DNA from: Euglena gracilis
Lineage: Eukaryota
Reading direction: 5' to 3'
Length of the DNA stretch: 64,000 nucleotides
NCBI GenBank assembly: GCA_039621445.1
Contig: CP154954.1
Coordinates: forward strand, 1,860,001 to 1,924,000
Made by a program: the position numbers and the translations under genes. The notes beneath the pieces are model-generated. The model was not told the DNA's origin. It ran no database searches and was given only the letters and a program-made list of their open reading frames with translations. This document shows, piece by piece, positions 12,391-23,534 of this stretch; position 1 is the first letter of the stretch, and each line of letters opens with the position of its first letter.

Positions 12391-14087
12391 ACCAAGCTGG
12401 CCCTTCCTGACCCGAATATCACGGTATGCAAGTCTATGCGCGGTTGGGCCAACTCCCGCCTGGGCCGAGTACGGCCGTTTTGAGGGTTCGCCCCGGGGGG
12501 GACTCTTGCCATTTGGAGCCCAAAACGGCCAAAAAAACAGTTTTTGCCCAATATCTCCAAAATGGTGGGGAGTTGAAAAAAATGTCCGGCGACCTAAATT
12601 GAAGCCTTGGAAACGCCCTATCTGCGGGTATTTTTGATTCCCGCAACTTCCGCCTAGCCGTAGATACGGCCGTTCAGGTCCAAATGGCCGTTTTGTACAC
12701 TTTTATTTCGATTAGCCGTTTTCGGGCCCAACCATTCGAAAAAAATCGAAACATTTTTTTGCCCAAAAACCATGTTTTTAGTCTTCCTGGACCCGGAAAA
12801 AGTTTTTTTGAGCCGAAAATTCGCGTTTTTCGACCCGCCAGCCCCTCATCGCCCTCATGTCATGATGCGCATCATGGCTCAAATGATTGCCTCCAATGCC
12901 AATGGATGGCTATTCCATGACCAATGATGGCCATCATGGGTCATGATGGCCATCCGGGGTCATGATGGCCATCATTGGTGATGATGGCCATCCGGGGTCA
13001 TGATGGCCATCATTGGTCATGATGGTCATCAACTCCCGGGCGTTTTCGAGATATTTTGAATTTTTCGATTTTTTGACCCCAAAAATGACCCCCTGTTGCC
13101 GGTCCAACAAAAGTTCTTTGAAAAAAAACGGTAGACAACTTTTTTGCTCGGGCCATATCTCCGGCCTGGCGCGGAGTTGCGGGCAAAGTGAGGGCTCTGG
13201 ACAAACTAGGGACCGTCTCCTAACCTATAGGCTATTAACCTTTCGGGTCCCGAAATCAGGTCACATCGGAACTCCGCGGGGGCCACTCAGGGGCGGGGGG
13301 GGGGGGGCGGGGGGGGCGGGGGGGGGGGGTCAGGGGGGGTTTGGGGGGGGGTGGTAAGCTTCGCTCTTACTCTAAAGAGATAAGAGCTCAGCGACCAGGG
13401 TGTGACGTAGAGCTGAGCTCTTTGGTAGGCCACTGCGGCCCGACCCGGCCGGCTAGCGGCCCGGCGGCCCGGCGGCCCTGTAGCACAGGTGGTGATGGGG
13501 TTAAAATGATATGTTGAAGAATTCAGGGAGCCCTTGTGGAGAAATGAAGAGCATTGGAGTTATGTAGTATGGTGTTTGCACATGCAAGTACAATTAATTG
13601 TGTGTGTGACTTTTTGGTCTTAAAAAGGGGGAAAGAGGGAGTCATTATTATTCGGGACGCCTCCGAACAGTTGATGCGGCCCAGGCGTGGTTACCCCGAT
13701 TTCGCACCGCTCCCATCGTCGTTGCCCCTGAAGTGGGGTGACAATGACGGGATGTCATCGGCTTGGGTATCCCCGGCTATGGGTACCGGGGACCCGCACG
13801 GTTGCGGGCGGTTACCTACCTTGCTATCTTGCCGTGGGCAAGCGGTTAGAATTTGAGGTTTCGCCCTGGGTTGCTGGTGAGGGTTTAGTCGGTGTTTGGT
13901 TGTTAGGGTTAGTTAGTGTTAGGTGTGTTGGTGTTAGTTTGCCAGTTAGGAGAGTGGTCATGGGAGAGGGGATTGGGGAGAGGAGTTTTTTCGAAAGGGG
14001 ATGTGGCTTTTCCCGTCAGCATGGGGACCGACGTTTGCCATTGGAAAAAGTGGATGGTTAATGATGATTAGAGTTAGAGGTACTTAC

Positions 14088-14113
14088 ACTTCCGGAGTGT
14101 CTATTTGTTTTCG
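14088..14113 (+). other. Euglena spliced-leader exon-like sequence (relic)
   Basis: acttccggagtgtctatttgttttcg matches the E. gracilis SL as I recall it (ACTTTCTGAGTGTCTATTTTTTTTCG) at 23/26 positions with no gaps. It is not followed by a GT donor. Confidence 0.75.
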
Positions 14114-14445
14114 TCTGTGCGCAATGCATTGCAGAAGGAAGCATTTTCATTGACAAGATTCTCATTCAGAGCATTCTCATTGACACATGAACACAGGAAG
14201 CTGATTTGTCTTTTGGCTCTTAGGATGCAGCCTAAATTATCGCCTTGGCGAAGTAACTTCGGATGGACGCTGGAATGTCATCGTTGTGCGGCATGTGTGC
14301 TTGGAGGCAGAAATTCTGAGATGTGTTGTATTTTACTTACTAATATGTGTTTGCTTTGTGTGTCTCGCCCATTATCAACGTGTACTGCAATGTGGTTCCT
14401 TTGTGCAGCTCATGTACTGGCTCGTTGCATGCTTGCACTCGCGAA

Positions 14446-17400
14446 GTGCACATTTGCATTTTCACGGTGCACATCGTGCACTCGCCTGGTGCACATCGTG
14501 CACTCGTGTGTAGGAAATGAAACGATGGCCACATAGGTGCACATGTTGGGGTAATGAAACGGTGGCCTCATAGTGGGAAATAAAAGAACCATTTGCATTT
14601 TCATGGTGCACATTTGCATTTTCACGGTGCACATCGTGCACTCGCTTGGTGCACATCGTGCACTCATGGGTAGGCATTCATGGTGCACATCGTGCACTCG
14701 CCTGGTGCACATCGTGCACTCATGGGCAGGCACTGGAAATCTGGCCATGGTGCAGCTCCTTCACTCCTGGTGCACATCGTGCACTCATGGGTAGGCATTG
14801 GACATCTGGCCACGGGCATGACATTTTCTTTCTCCTGGTGCAGCTCCTGCACTCGCCTGGTACACATCGTGCACTCATGTTGGGGTAATGAAACGGTGGC
14901 CTCGTAGTTGGAAAATATAAGAACCATTTGCATTTTCATGGTGCACATCGTGCACTCGCTTGGTGCACATCGTGCACTCATGGGTAGGCATTGGAAATCT
15001 GGCCAGGGGCATGACATTTCTTTTCTCCTTGTGCAGCTCCTGCACTCGCCTGGTGCACATCGTGCACTCATGTTGGGGTAATGAAACGGTGGCCTCATAG
15101 TGGGAAATAAAAGAACCATTTGCATTTTCATGGTGCACATCGTGCACTCGCCTGGTGCACATCGTGCACTCATGGGTAGGCACTGGAAATCTGGCCATGG
15201 TGCAGCTCCTTCGCTCCTGGTGCACATCGTGCACTCATGGGTGGGCATTGGACTTCTGGCCACGGGCATGACATTTCCTTTCTCTTGGTGCAGCTCCTGC
15301 ACTCGCCTGGTGCACATCGTGCACTCACGTGTGGGAAACAAAATGATGGCCTCACAGTGGGAAATAAAAGAAGCAGTTGCATTTTCATGGTGCACATCGT
15401 GCACTCGCTTGGTGCACATCGTGCACTCATGGGTAGGCACTGGAAATCTGGCCATGGTGCAGCTCCTTCACTCCTGGTGCACATCGTGCACTCATGGGTA
15501 GACATTGGACATCTGGCCACGGGCATGCCATTTCCTTTCTCCTGGTGCAGCTCCTGCACTCGCCTGGTGCACATCGTGCACTCATGGGTAGGCACTGGAA
15601 ATCTGGCCATGGTGCTGCTCCTTCGCTCTTGGTGCACATCGTGCACTCATGGGTGGGCATTGGACATCTGGCCACGGGCATGACATTTCCTTTCTCCTGG
15701 TGCAGCTCCTGCACTCGCCTGGTGCACATCGTGCACTCATGGGTTGGCACTGGAAATCTGGCCATGGTGCAGCTCCTTCGCTCCTGGTGCACATCGTGCA
15801 CTCATGGGTAGGCATTGGAAATCTGGCCACGGGCATGACATTTCCTTTCTCCTGGTGCAGCTCCTGCACTCGCCTGGTGCACATCGTGCACTCATGTTGG
15901 GGTAATGAAACGGTGGCCTCATAGTGGGAAATAAAAGAAACATTTGCATTTTCATGGTGCACATCGTGCACTCGCCTGGTGCACATCGTGCACTCATGGG
16001 TAGGCACTGGAAATCTGGCCATGGTGCAGCTCCTTCGCTCCTGGTGCACATCGTGCACTCATGGGTGGGCATTGGACATCTGGCCACGGGCATGACATTT
16101 CCTTTCTCTTGCTGCAGCTCCTGCACTCGCCTGGTGCACATCGTGCACTCACGTGTGGGCAACAAAACGGTGGCCTGTCGGTGGGAAATAGAAGGAGCAT
16201 CTGCATTTTCATGGTGCACATCGTGCACTCGCTTGGTGCACATCGTGCACTCATGGGTAGGCACTGGAAATCTGGCCATGGTGCAGCTCCTTCACTCCTG
16301 GTGCACATCGTGCACTCATGGGTAGGCATTGGACATCTGGCCACGGGCATGACATTTCCTTTCTCCTGGTGCAGCTCCTGCACTCGCCTGGTGCACATCG
16401 TGCACTCATGGGTAGGCACTGGAAATCTGGCCATGGTGCAGCTCCTTCGCTCTTGGTGCACATCGTGCAGTCATGGGTGGGCATTGGACATCTGGCCACG
16501 GGCATGACATTTCCTTTCTCCTGGTGCAGCTCCTGCACTCGCCTGGTGCACATCGTGCACTCATGGGTAGGCACTGGAAATCTGGCCATGGTGCAGCTCC
16601 TTCGCTCCTGGTGCACATCGTGCACTCATGGGTAGGCACTGGAAATCTGGCCATGGTGCAGCTCCTTGGCTCCTGGTGCACATCGTGCACTCATGGGTGG
16701 GCATTGGACATCTGGCCACGGGCATGACATTTCCTTTCTCCTGGTGCAGCTCCTGCACTCGCCTGGTGCACATCGTGCACTCATGTTGGGGTAATGAAAC
16801 GGTGGCCTCATATTGGAAATAAAAGAACCATTTGCATTTTCATGGTGCACATCGTGCACTCGCTTGGTGCACATCGTGCACTCATGGGTAGGCATTGGAA
16901 ATCTGGCCACGGGCATGACTTTTCCTTTCTCCTGGTGCAGCTCCTGCACTCGCCTGGTGCACATCGTGCACTCATGTTGGGGTAATGAAACGGTGGCCTC
17001 ATAGTGGGAAATAAAAGAAACGTTTGCATATTCATGGTGCACATCGTGCACTCGCCTGGTGCACATCGTGCACTCATGGGTAGGCACTGGAAATCTGGCC
17101 ATGGTGCAGCTCCTTCGCTCCTGGTGCACATCGTGCACTCATGGGTGGGCATTGGACATCTGGCCACGGGCATGACATTTCCTTTCTCTTGGTGCAGCTC
17201 CTGCACTCGCCTGGTGCACATCGTGCACTCACGTGTGGGAAACAAATGATGGCCTCACAGTGGGAAATAAAAGAAGCAGTTGCATTTTCATGGTGCACAT
17301 CGTGCACTCGCCTGGTGCACATCGTGCACTCATGGGTAGGCACTGGAAATCTGGTCATGGTGCAGCTCCTTCGCTCCTGGTGCACATCGTGCACTCATGG

Positions 17401-18430
17401 GTGGGCATTGGACATCTGGCCACGGGGGAGACATTTCCTTTCTCCTGGTGCAGCTGCTTCACTCGCTTGGTGCACATCGTGCACTCACGCGTGGGAAACA
17501 AAATGATGGCCTCACAGTGGGAAATTCAAGAACCATTTGCATTTTCATGGTGCACATCGTGCACTCGGTTGGTGCACATCGTGCACTCATGGGTAGGCAC
17601 TGGAAATCAGGCCAGGGGCATGACGTTTCCTTTCTCCTGGTGCAGCTGGTGCACTCGCCTGGTGCACATCGTGCACTCATGGGTAGGCACTGGAAATCTG
17701 GCCATGGTGCAGCTCCTTCGCTCCTGGTGCACATCGTGCACTCATGGGTGGGCATTGGACATCTGGCCACGGGCATGACATTTCCTTTCTCATGGTGCAG
17801 CTCCTGCACTCGCCTGGTGCACATCGTGCACTCATGTTGGGGTAATGAAACGGTGGCCTCACAGTGGGAAATTGAAGAACCATTTGTATTTTCATGGTGC
17901 ACATCGTGCACTCGCCTGGTGCACATCGTGCACTCATGGGTAGGCACTGGAAATCTGGCCATGGTGCAGCTCCTTCGCTCCTGGTGCACATCGTGCACTC
18001 ATGGGTGGGCATTGGACATCTGGCCACGGGCATGACATTTCCTTTCTCTTGGTGCAGCTCCTGCACTCGCCTGGTGCACATCGTGCACTCACGTGTGGGA
18101 AACAAAATGATGGTCTCAACAGTGCACTCAGTGGGACAATGGCCAGGGGGGGGGGGCAACGCAGAATGCCATCTCCATAATCCTGGGACAACTGATGATC
18201 TGTTCGGTGTACGAAGTGCACTCCTGGTCCGGGTGATGGCCACATGGAGGGGGAACAACCCAGAATGACATGTCCATTATCCTGGGGCAAAGGGTGCACA
18301 ATGGTGCACTCTTGGTGCACAACGGTGCACTCAGTGGGACGATGGTCACATGTGGGGACAACGCAGAATGCCGTGTCCATATTCCTGGGACAACCGCTTA
18401 TCTGTGCGGTGCACGATGTGCACTCCTAAT
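14446..18430. repeat. Modular tandem array: constant 19-bp core tggtgcacatcgtgcactc separated by four classes of intervening sequence
   Basis: Core-plus-module units are 22, 65, 90 and 80 bp; higher-order periods are 155, 257 and 824 bp. The array is degenerate after ~18090. Confidence 0.95.
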
Positions 18431-18529
18431 GCGGGTGATGGCCATGGATAAAAACGGTGCAACCCCTACGCTCCTTTGACGAGATCTTTCTGTGGCACAT
18501 CTTCACTCTGAAAAACCAGATGACTTGTG

Positions 18530-20245
18530 TCACTCAGTTGTTTTTCTCCTCTTGCTTTGCCGAGCAAGTAGTGGTTCCGGAGGAACTTGTGTAAGGACAT
18601 CGTAATGTGGTGGATTTCGTTGATAAATCACCGAAAGGATTGGCCCTGCATTCCCGTATTGTGTGCACAGTCGCCAATGTTCAGCTGCCTCCAAAAATAC
18701 GTTAATCCTAATGCCGAGCATGTGACATATCAAGACTATCTCGGGCTCTTCAGCCCAATGGTTGTGGTTTAATAGGGACGTGAGATACTGCTCACGGTGG
18801 TGACCAATCCCCATTAGAACATCCCCAACAGGAATGTCAAATCCTGGCACTGTGGAATTCCATTGGGCCGCAATGAAAGTAGCAAGTCTTTGGCGTAATT
18901 GTATTGCATCCCTGGGCTCATTTGAACCCAGAACGCAATAAAAAAAGCAAGAACCATCCCCTTTTGCTTTCCAAATTTTCGCAGCCGTCTTTGGAATGCA
19001 ATCTGATACAGTCATCAACTCAGAACAATCCATGGAAGCATCCATTTGCTCCCTGGTGCTTTGACGGACGGCATCCATTTGCTCCCTTGTATTTTGATCT
19101 CGTAGCGTGTTTTGAACATTTAGTTCCACAACAGCGCTCGCGTCAACATGATCGGATTCGGTCACTCGAGCATCTATATTGGCGGGATGGTTTGAACTTT
19201 TGCAATGTGGTTCATGCAGTTTCCGATGTGCATCCTTCTTCCATGTGCGCCCACATCCCATGCGGCACGCATATAAAGCAGAATGTTGTGTTATTGTTGC
19301 ACAACTTTTCTCGTGATCGTTCCGTGCAGTGTTTGAAGGGTACCTCTGTCCGCATCCTTTTCTACACTGAAATTTCAAAACATTTTCCCCACCAGGCTTC
19401 AAAACTTTGTCTGCTCCCTTCCCATCATATGATATCCCCACCTGCAGATACAAGTTTTGCAAATGCTTGAAAGTGAGTGGCATGGACTTGTGCTGGCACA
19501 TATAATTCACCAGCTGCGCACGGGGAAGTAAGGAACGTAATCTTCGCACAATACTGTAAAGGTCATCATTACTCCTGAGTTGAATGAGGCGTATGTCCTC
19601 TGTGCGTCTGACCCGACTGATACCAACATAGAACGCATTATATGATAGAGTGGGAGTGATCGGATGGTCCACACACAAAATAATTTTGTCCAATGTTCGA
19701 CATTGGACACCATGAAAAGTTGTTCCAAACAACAAATTAAAAGGATGTGCCATCACTGTCACAATCCCCCTTTTTTTGGACGAAAAATGTATGTAACGCG
19801 CGATGTTAACCTCCCGTGGGATGGAAAACAAAGGAATAATTCTTCCACCCTCCTCTGTGGTGCCGAGAGCAGCATTGTCGGCGATATCCCCTTGAACAAT
19901 AACATTTATCACCCAAGGGGGGTATTCCAACGTTACAATTTCCCCAGGGCGTGCACGGAAAATTCTTTCCAACGTCTCCATTGGCTCACTTTCATTGAGC
20001 ACAATGGAATGGACGGAGGCCCTTGTTCCATTTGACAACCCACGCTCCGGGCGTATGTTGTATGTCAAAGTGATAGGGCATCCTTGCACAACATGTGCCC
20101 ACAAGTCCTTCACTTTGGCATACATAACATTTTGAACACCCTCACCAATGCACGCGGCAAACTCATTTTTCAATGGCAACTTCCATTTTATTATGGGTTT
20201 TCTCGTGCTTTCGGCAAATAAACGAACCATGACTTCATTCACCAT
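18530..20245 (-). CDS. RepHel C-terminal part: helicase C-terminal motifs, two C2HC-like zinc fingers, OTU-family cysteine protease (~18590-18980)
   Basis: GLSNGT, TFHGVQCRTLD, FYVGISRVR; CRKGC..HEKSC and CRMGC..HEPHC; GDGSCFF, WAEEPEI, PHYDVL. Confidence 0.85.
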   Translation of the reverse strand: MVNEVMVRLFAESTRKPIIKWKLPLKNEFAACIGEGVQNVMYAKVKDLWAHVVQGCPITLTYNIRPERGLSNGTRASVHSIVLNESEPMETLERIFRARPGEIVTLEYPPWVINVIVQGDIADNAALGTTEEGGRIIPLFSIPREVNIARYIHFSSKKRGIVTVMAHPFNLLFGTTFHGVQCRTLDKIILCVDHPITPTLSYNAFYVGISRVRRTEDIRLIQLRSNDDLYSIVRRLRSLLPRAQLVNYMCQHKSMPLTFKHLQNLYLQVGISYDGKGADKVLKPGGENVLKFQCRKGCGQRYPSNTARNDHEKSCATITQHSALYACRMGCGRTWKKDAHRKLHEPHCKSSNHPANIDARVTESDHVDASAVVELNVQNTLRDQNTREQMDAVRQSTREQMDASMDCSELMTVSDCIPKTAAKIWKAKGDGSCFFYCVLGSNEPRDAIQLRQRLATFIAAQWNSTVPGFDIPVGDVLMGIGHHREQYLTSLLNHNHWAEEPEIVLICHMLGIRINVFLEAAEHWRLCTQYGNAGPILSVIYQRNPPHYDVLTQVPPEPLLARQSKRRKTTE

Positions 20246-20982
20246 ATGTACACATTTTCGGTCTGTGGATACAATGAGTGCATTTGACCACGACCTGTCC
20301 CTATGAAAATCGGAGGTGTATCATTCTCAACGACGACAAAAATTTGTCTCGTGCGTGTAGCCCTGGAAGAGAGAAAATTTCGGTAAGCTGCCACTGCAGC
20401 CATGTGCTCGGGATCCTGAGCCCTATGTTGGGTATTGAGGCTGATCACTTTGAAGGATTGAAACAATGCATAGCCTTCTAATGCATCTAACATTGCTGCA
20501 GATTGTGTTTTAGGTTTGATGTATAGGTCTCCCCCACCAACTGGGGGGATTTGAACAAAGTCACCCATCAGAACGACACACATTCCCCCAAAGGGTTCAC
20601 CGTTGTTGTCGCACACTTTGCGCATGCGTTTGTCAATGTCCCGCAACATTTTGCAAGTCAACATGGACATTTCATCGATGAGAAGCACTTTGCAACCTGA
20701 AAATTGTGAACGTAAACGATCGAGTTTTTAACTTCATCCATCATGGACAGTGTAATTGGCACCGTAGTCTACATATACACTCAACCCCACCCCATGGTGG
20801 CACGTCGACCCACGATGCAGACTGCATGCAGCAACCCCCGAAGGGGACATAAAACGCAAAATGTTTGTCACAACTGCTGTGGACAGTCGGTTATGCAACT
20901 CACTTGCCATTGTGCCTTTTCCTGTTCCGGGTCCCGCATGTACGACGACACGAGGTGGTCGGTTTGCATGATGGATCTGCAA
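20239..20982 (-). CDS. RepHel PIF1-family helicase N-terminal half, in two frameshifted pieces
   Basis: Walker A VVVHAGPGTGK, SPSGVAA...GSTCH, Walker B LLIDEMSM, PFGGMCVVLMGDFVQIPPV, QHRAQDP. Confidence 0.85.
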
Positions 20983-21428
20983 TCAAAACGAATTGTACAT
21001 ACTCCGAAATCATTTTTACAAAATTTTCTTGTTCCTCAGTTAAAACCACTGCTCTGCACGCACAATCGTACCGTGGCTGGTTTTGTTCCCACCCCGTAGG
21101 CAAGTTGTAGGGGCTGAAAATCATCGCTTTTCAACGCTGCATACGTCTTATTCAATGTCTCCGATAAAGGAGCCTTGACATCAAATGTGTTTGCACTATT
21201 AATGTGCATTGCAAAGCACTCGTTGACATTTGGAGACATTGTCTGCTGCCCGTTTTCCTCCAAATGCCTGGAGAAAATTTTCAACAGTACGTTCACCAAA
21301 TTTGGTTCCGCCTGCTCGCATTCTTTCAAACCATCGCTGCTGTACTTCTGCATGAAGATTGTGAAGGGTGTCGTGAAAATGCTGAATTTTCACGGAATGC
21401 CGATGTCTTGCACGGCACTTCTTCTGCC

Positions 21429-21482
<54 letters not shown>

Positions 21483-21803
21483 ACCCTCTTTTTCTCTTTT
21501 CTCTTTGCTCGTTCTCGTTTCTCCCCCCCCCCCCCCCCACCCCCACCTATGCAAATCCCCCCCCCCCCCCCCCCCCCCCACCAGCTTGAACCGTATGTCG
21601 AGTGGGTGTGTGGCATGCCCCATTTCTTTTGGTTTCTGTTTCTGATAATGGCTGAAAGAATGGAATTTTTTTGTGTAACGGATGTTAGGTTTTTCAACCT
21701 TTTAACATACGCAAAGCGCGCAGGATCTAAATATGGTGCCTCTTTTTTGCCTGCACACTCCTCCCATTGGCAAAAATCATCCCATGCTATTTTGGGTGGA
21801 TTT

Positions 21804-23534
21804 TCAAAACTCCACGGAACTATGAAAGTCATCACGTATTGTGCCCAAATGTTTGGACGCGCGATGGTCCATCCCCTCCTGGCCACTTGGGCAACTTTTT
21901 CCCCGACAAAACTGGGCATCGGAATTGATTCCCATTTTTTGTACCCATGTTCCAGCCAACAAATGCATATCGTGCAAGTGAAAAGTTGTTCCTCTTGGAC
22001 AACCTTCGGGTGGTTCACCATCGACGCTTTCATCATTGGCAGCACTTTGCAACGAAAAATGGGCAGCGTACTCCAGTGCACTTATGCTTTCCAATTCACC
22101 TCCCCGTAAAGCATAATTGTATGCTGCAGGGATACCAACGATGATTGATTTTCCTTCATGCACAACGGAAACCAGTTCCGTTGCACCTCCCTCTTCCACA
22201 AAAGGGTCATCCAAATTGTCAATCCGACGCGAATGCATTAAGGTAGTAGTTGCATCCAACGTTCTCCTGTCCTTCCCCTTTCCCTTTTGTCCAGCCAAAT
22301 GTTGTTGCCCAACTTTTCGTTGTAAACACTCATTTGCTAGATCGTCGTTGGACTCTCCGTCGCCATGCCCGATCTCCGATTCCTCCTGTTCATCCTCATT
22401 GTCATCCTCATCATCGTCATTGCCAATCCTGATTTCCTCGTCAGAATCATCTTCGTCATCACTTTGGCCATGTCCATCAACATCACATGGAAATCCCCCC
22501 TCTCCCCCTAAGTCTGCAGTGCAACAGACTGCTTCCTTATCCTTTGAACTCGTTTTTGAACACGAAATTTCGTTTTCATTTGACTTTCTGTCCCCTATTT
22601 CTGCCATAGCAGGGAAAAGAGCGGGCAAACTAGAGATGTAATGCCAAGGATTCACAATGACAAATTTATGGGATGCATGCCACGATGGATAACCTAATAC
22701 TGCCGTGGCTGCCATTTGCGCTCCCACCTCAACCTTCCGATCCATGGCATTAACAACGCGTTTCAAAAGGAGAGCATAATCTTCCTTCTCTTGCATTTTG
22801 TGTCCAAGCCGTTCCTCAACTTCACCCAGGACATGACGCAAGACCGATAAAACCCCACCCAATTTCACAGGGTTTTTTGTGCAATATCCAACGACATAAT
22901 TTGCCAATGCCAGCACCCCCACCTCCCCTCCTAGAATTTGCGCATTTGAGTTGCAGGCCAGCACAAAAGATACAAGTTTGCTGCAATCGACGACGCGACC
23001 ATCACATTTGTGTGGTCGCTTGGTTTCCCATACCACTAAGTGGCTATCAACTGTGGGATCCTGTGCAATAGTTGCCATGTGTTCCAATGGAATCTCCTGT
23101 AAATCATGCCCACCTGTTTCCATTTTACGTGCAACAAAAAGGTGGGGCCGTGTTTCGCCTAAGTGGGACCCGCATGCACGAGGCATGCCAAAACGGCAGC
23201 CAAACCGTCCGGCAGGTGGTTTGCCGCAGCTCGGTATGAAACAGCGGTGTATTTGCAGGGCCCCCATGACTTCCTCCGCAAATTCCATGATGGACGCATA
23301 TGCTTGTTCAACATTTTCAGGCAATGGAGGCCTTCGTCCTTTTTCTTCCAACATTCTGGGTGCTGGACAATGCTCTCTTTGCCTTTCCTCCCATTTTTCA
23401 TGCACATCATTGGAGAGACTAGTGCAAACTTGGGAATCTAGAGCTCTTGCCGCGACCTTTATTGCTTCTTTATCGTGAACAATCGCATCCAGTATGTGTG
23501 GGTGGAATTCCCCCCCAGAACACCCCGTGCCCAT
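21804..23534 (-). CDS. RepHel continuation after a frameshift: Rep motif 3 (YxxxY) and an acidic linker
   Basis: CRFGMPR; CNSNAQIL; LANYVVGYCTKNP; EVGAQMAA..LGYP; YNYALRG.ELESISALEY. Confidence 0.8.
   Translation of the reverse strand: MGTGCSGGEFHPHILDAIVHDKEAIKVAARALDSQVCTSLSNDVHEKWEERQREHCPAPRMLEEKGRRPPLPENVEQAYASIMEFAEEVMGALQIHRCFIPSCGKPPAGRFGCRFGMPRACGSHLGETRPHLFVARKMETGGHDLQEIPLEHMATIAQDPTVDSHLVVWETKRPHKCDGRVVDCSKLVSFVLACNSNAQILGGEVGVLALANYVVGYCTKNPVKLGGVLSVLRHVLGEVEERLGHKMQEKEDYALLLKRVVNAMDRKVEVGAQMAATAVLGYPSWHASHKFVIVNPWHYISSLPALFPAMAEIGDRKSNENEISCSKTSSKDKEAVCCTADLGGEGGFPCDVDGHGQSDDEDDSDEEIRIGNDDDEDDNEDEQEESEIGHGDGESNDDLANECLQRKVGQQHLAGQKGKGKDRRTLDATTTLMHSRRIDNLDDPFVEEGGATELVSVVHEGKSIIVGIPAAYNYALRGGELESISALEYAAHFSLQSAANDESVDGEPPEGCPRGTTFHLHDMHLLAGTWVQKMGINSDAQFCRGKSCPSGQEGMDHRASKHLGTIRDDFHSSVEF

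Noticed and set aside
315-13357. Many overlapping short ORFs rich in K/F/G/R/P
   Set aside because: They derive from satellites and G/C tracts, with no recognisable domains.
13440-13500. Canonical Helitron 3' end (hairpin plus CTRR) on the minus strand
   Set aside because: A ctag exists at ~13453 but lies within the GC microsatellite, with no distinct stem; the termini are left unresolved.
14088-14200. Functional SL RNA gene
   Set aside because: No GT donor after the exon, three exon mismatches, and no adjacent 5S rRNA or tandem unit seen.
14446-18430. CRISPR array
   Set aside because: Spacers are reused and fall into four length classes, there are no cas genes, and the context is eukaryotic.
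14105-18479. Cys/His-rich ORFs (CTMC, WCTSC, HIVH) suggesting metal- or heme-binding proteins
   Set aside because: They are translations of the tandem array, open in several frames on both strands.
21175-22109. Poly-Pro and poly-Gly ORFs
   Set aside because: Products of poly-C runs of unreliable length, inside or antisense to RepHel.
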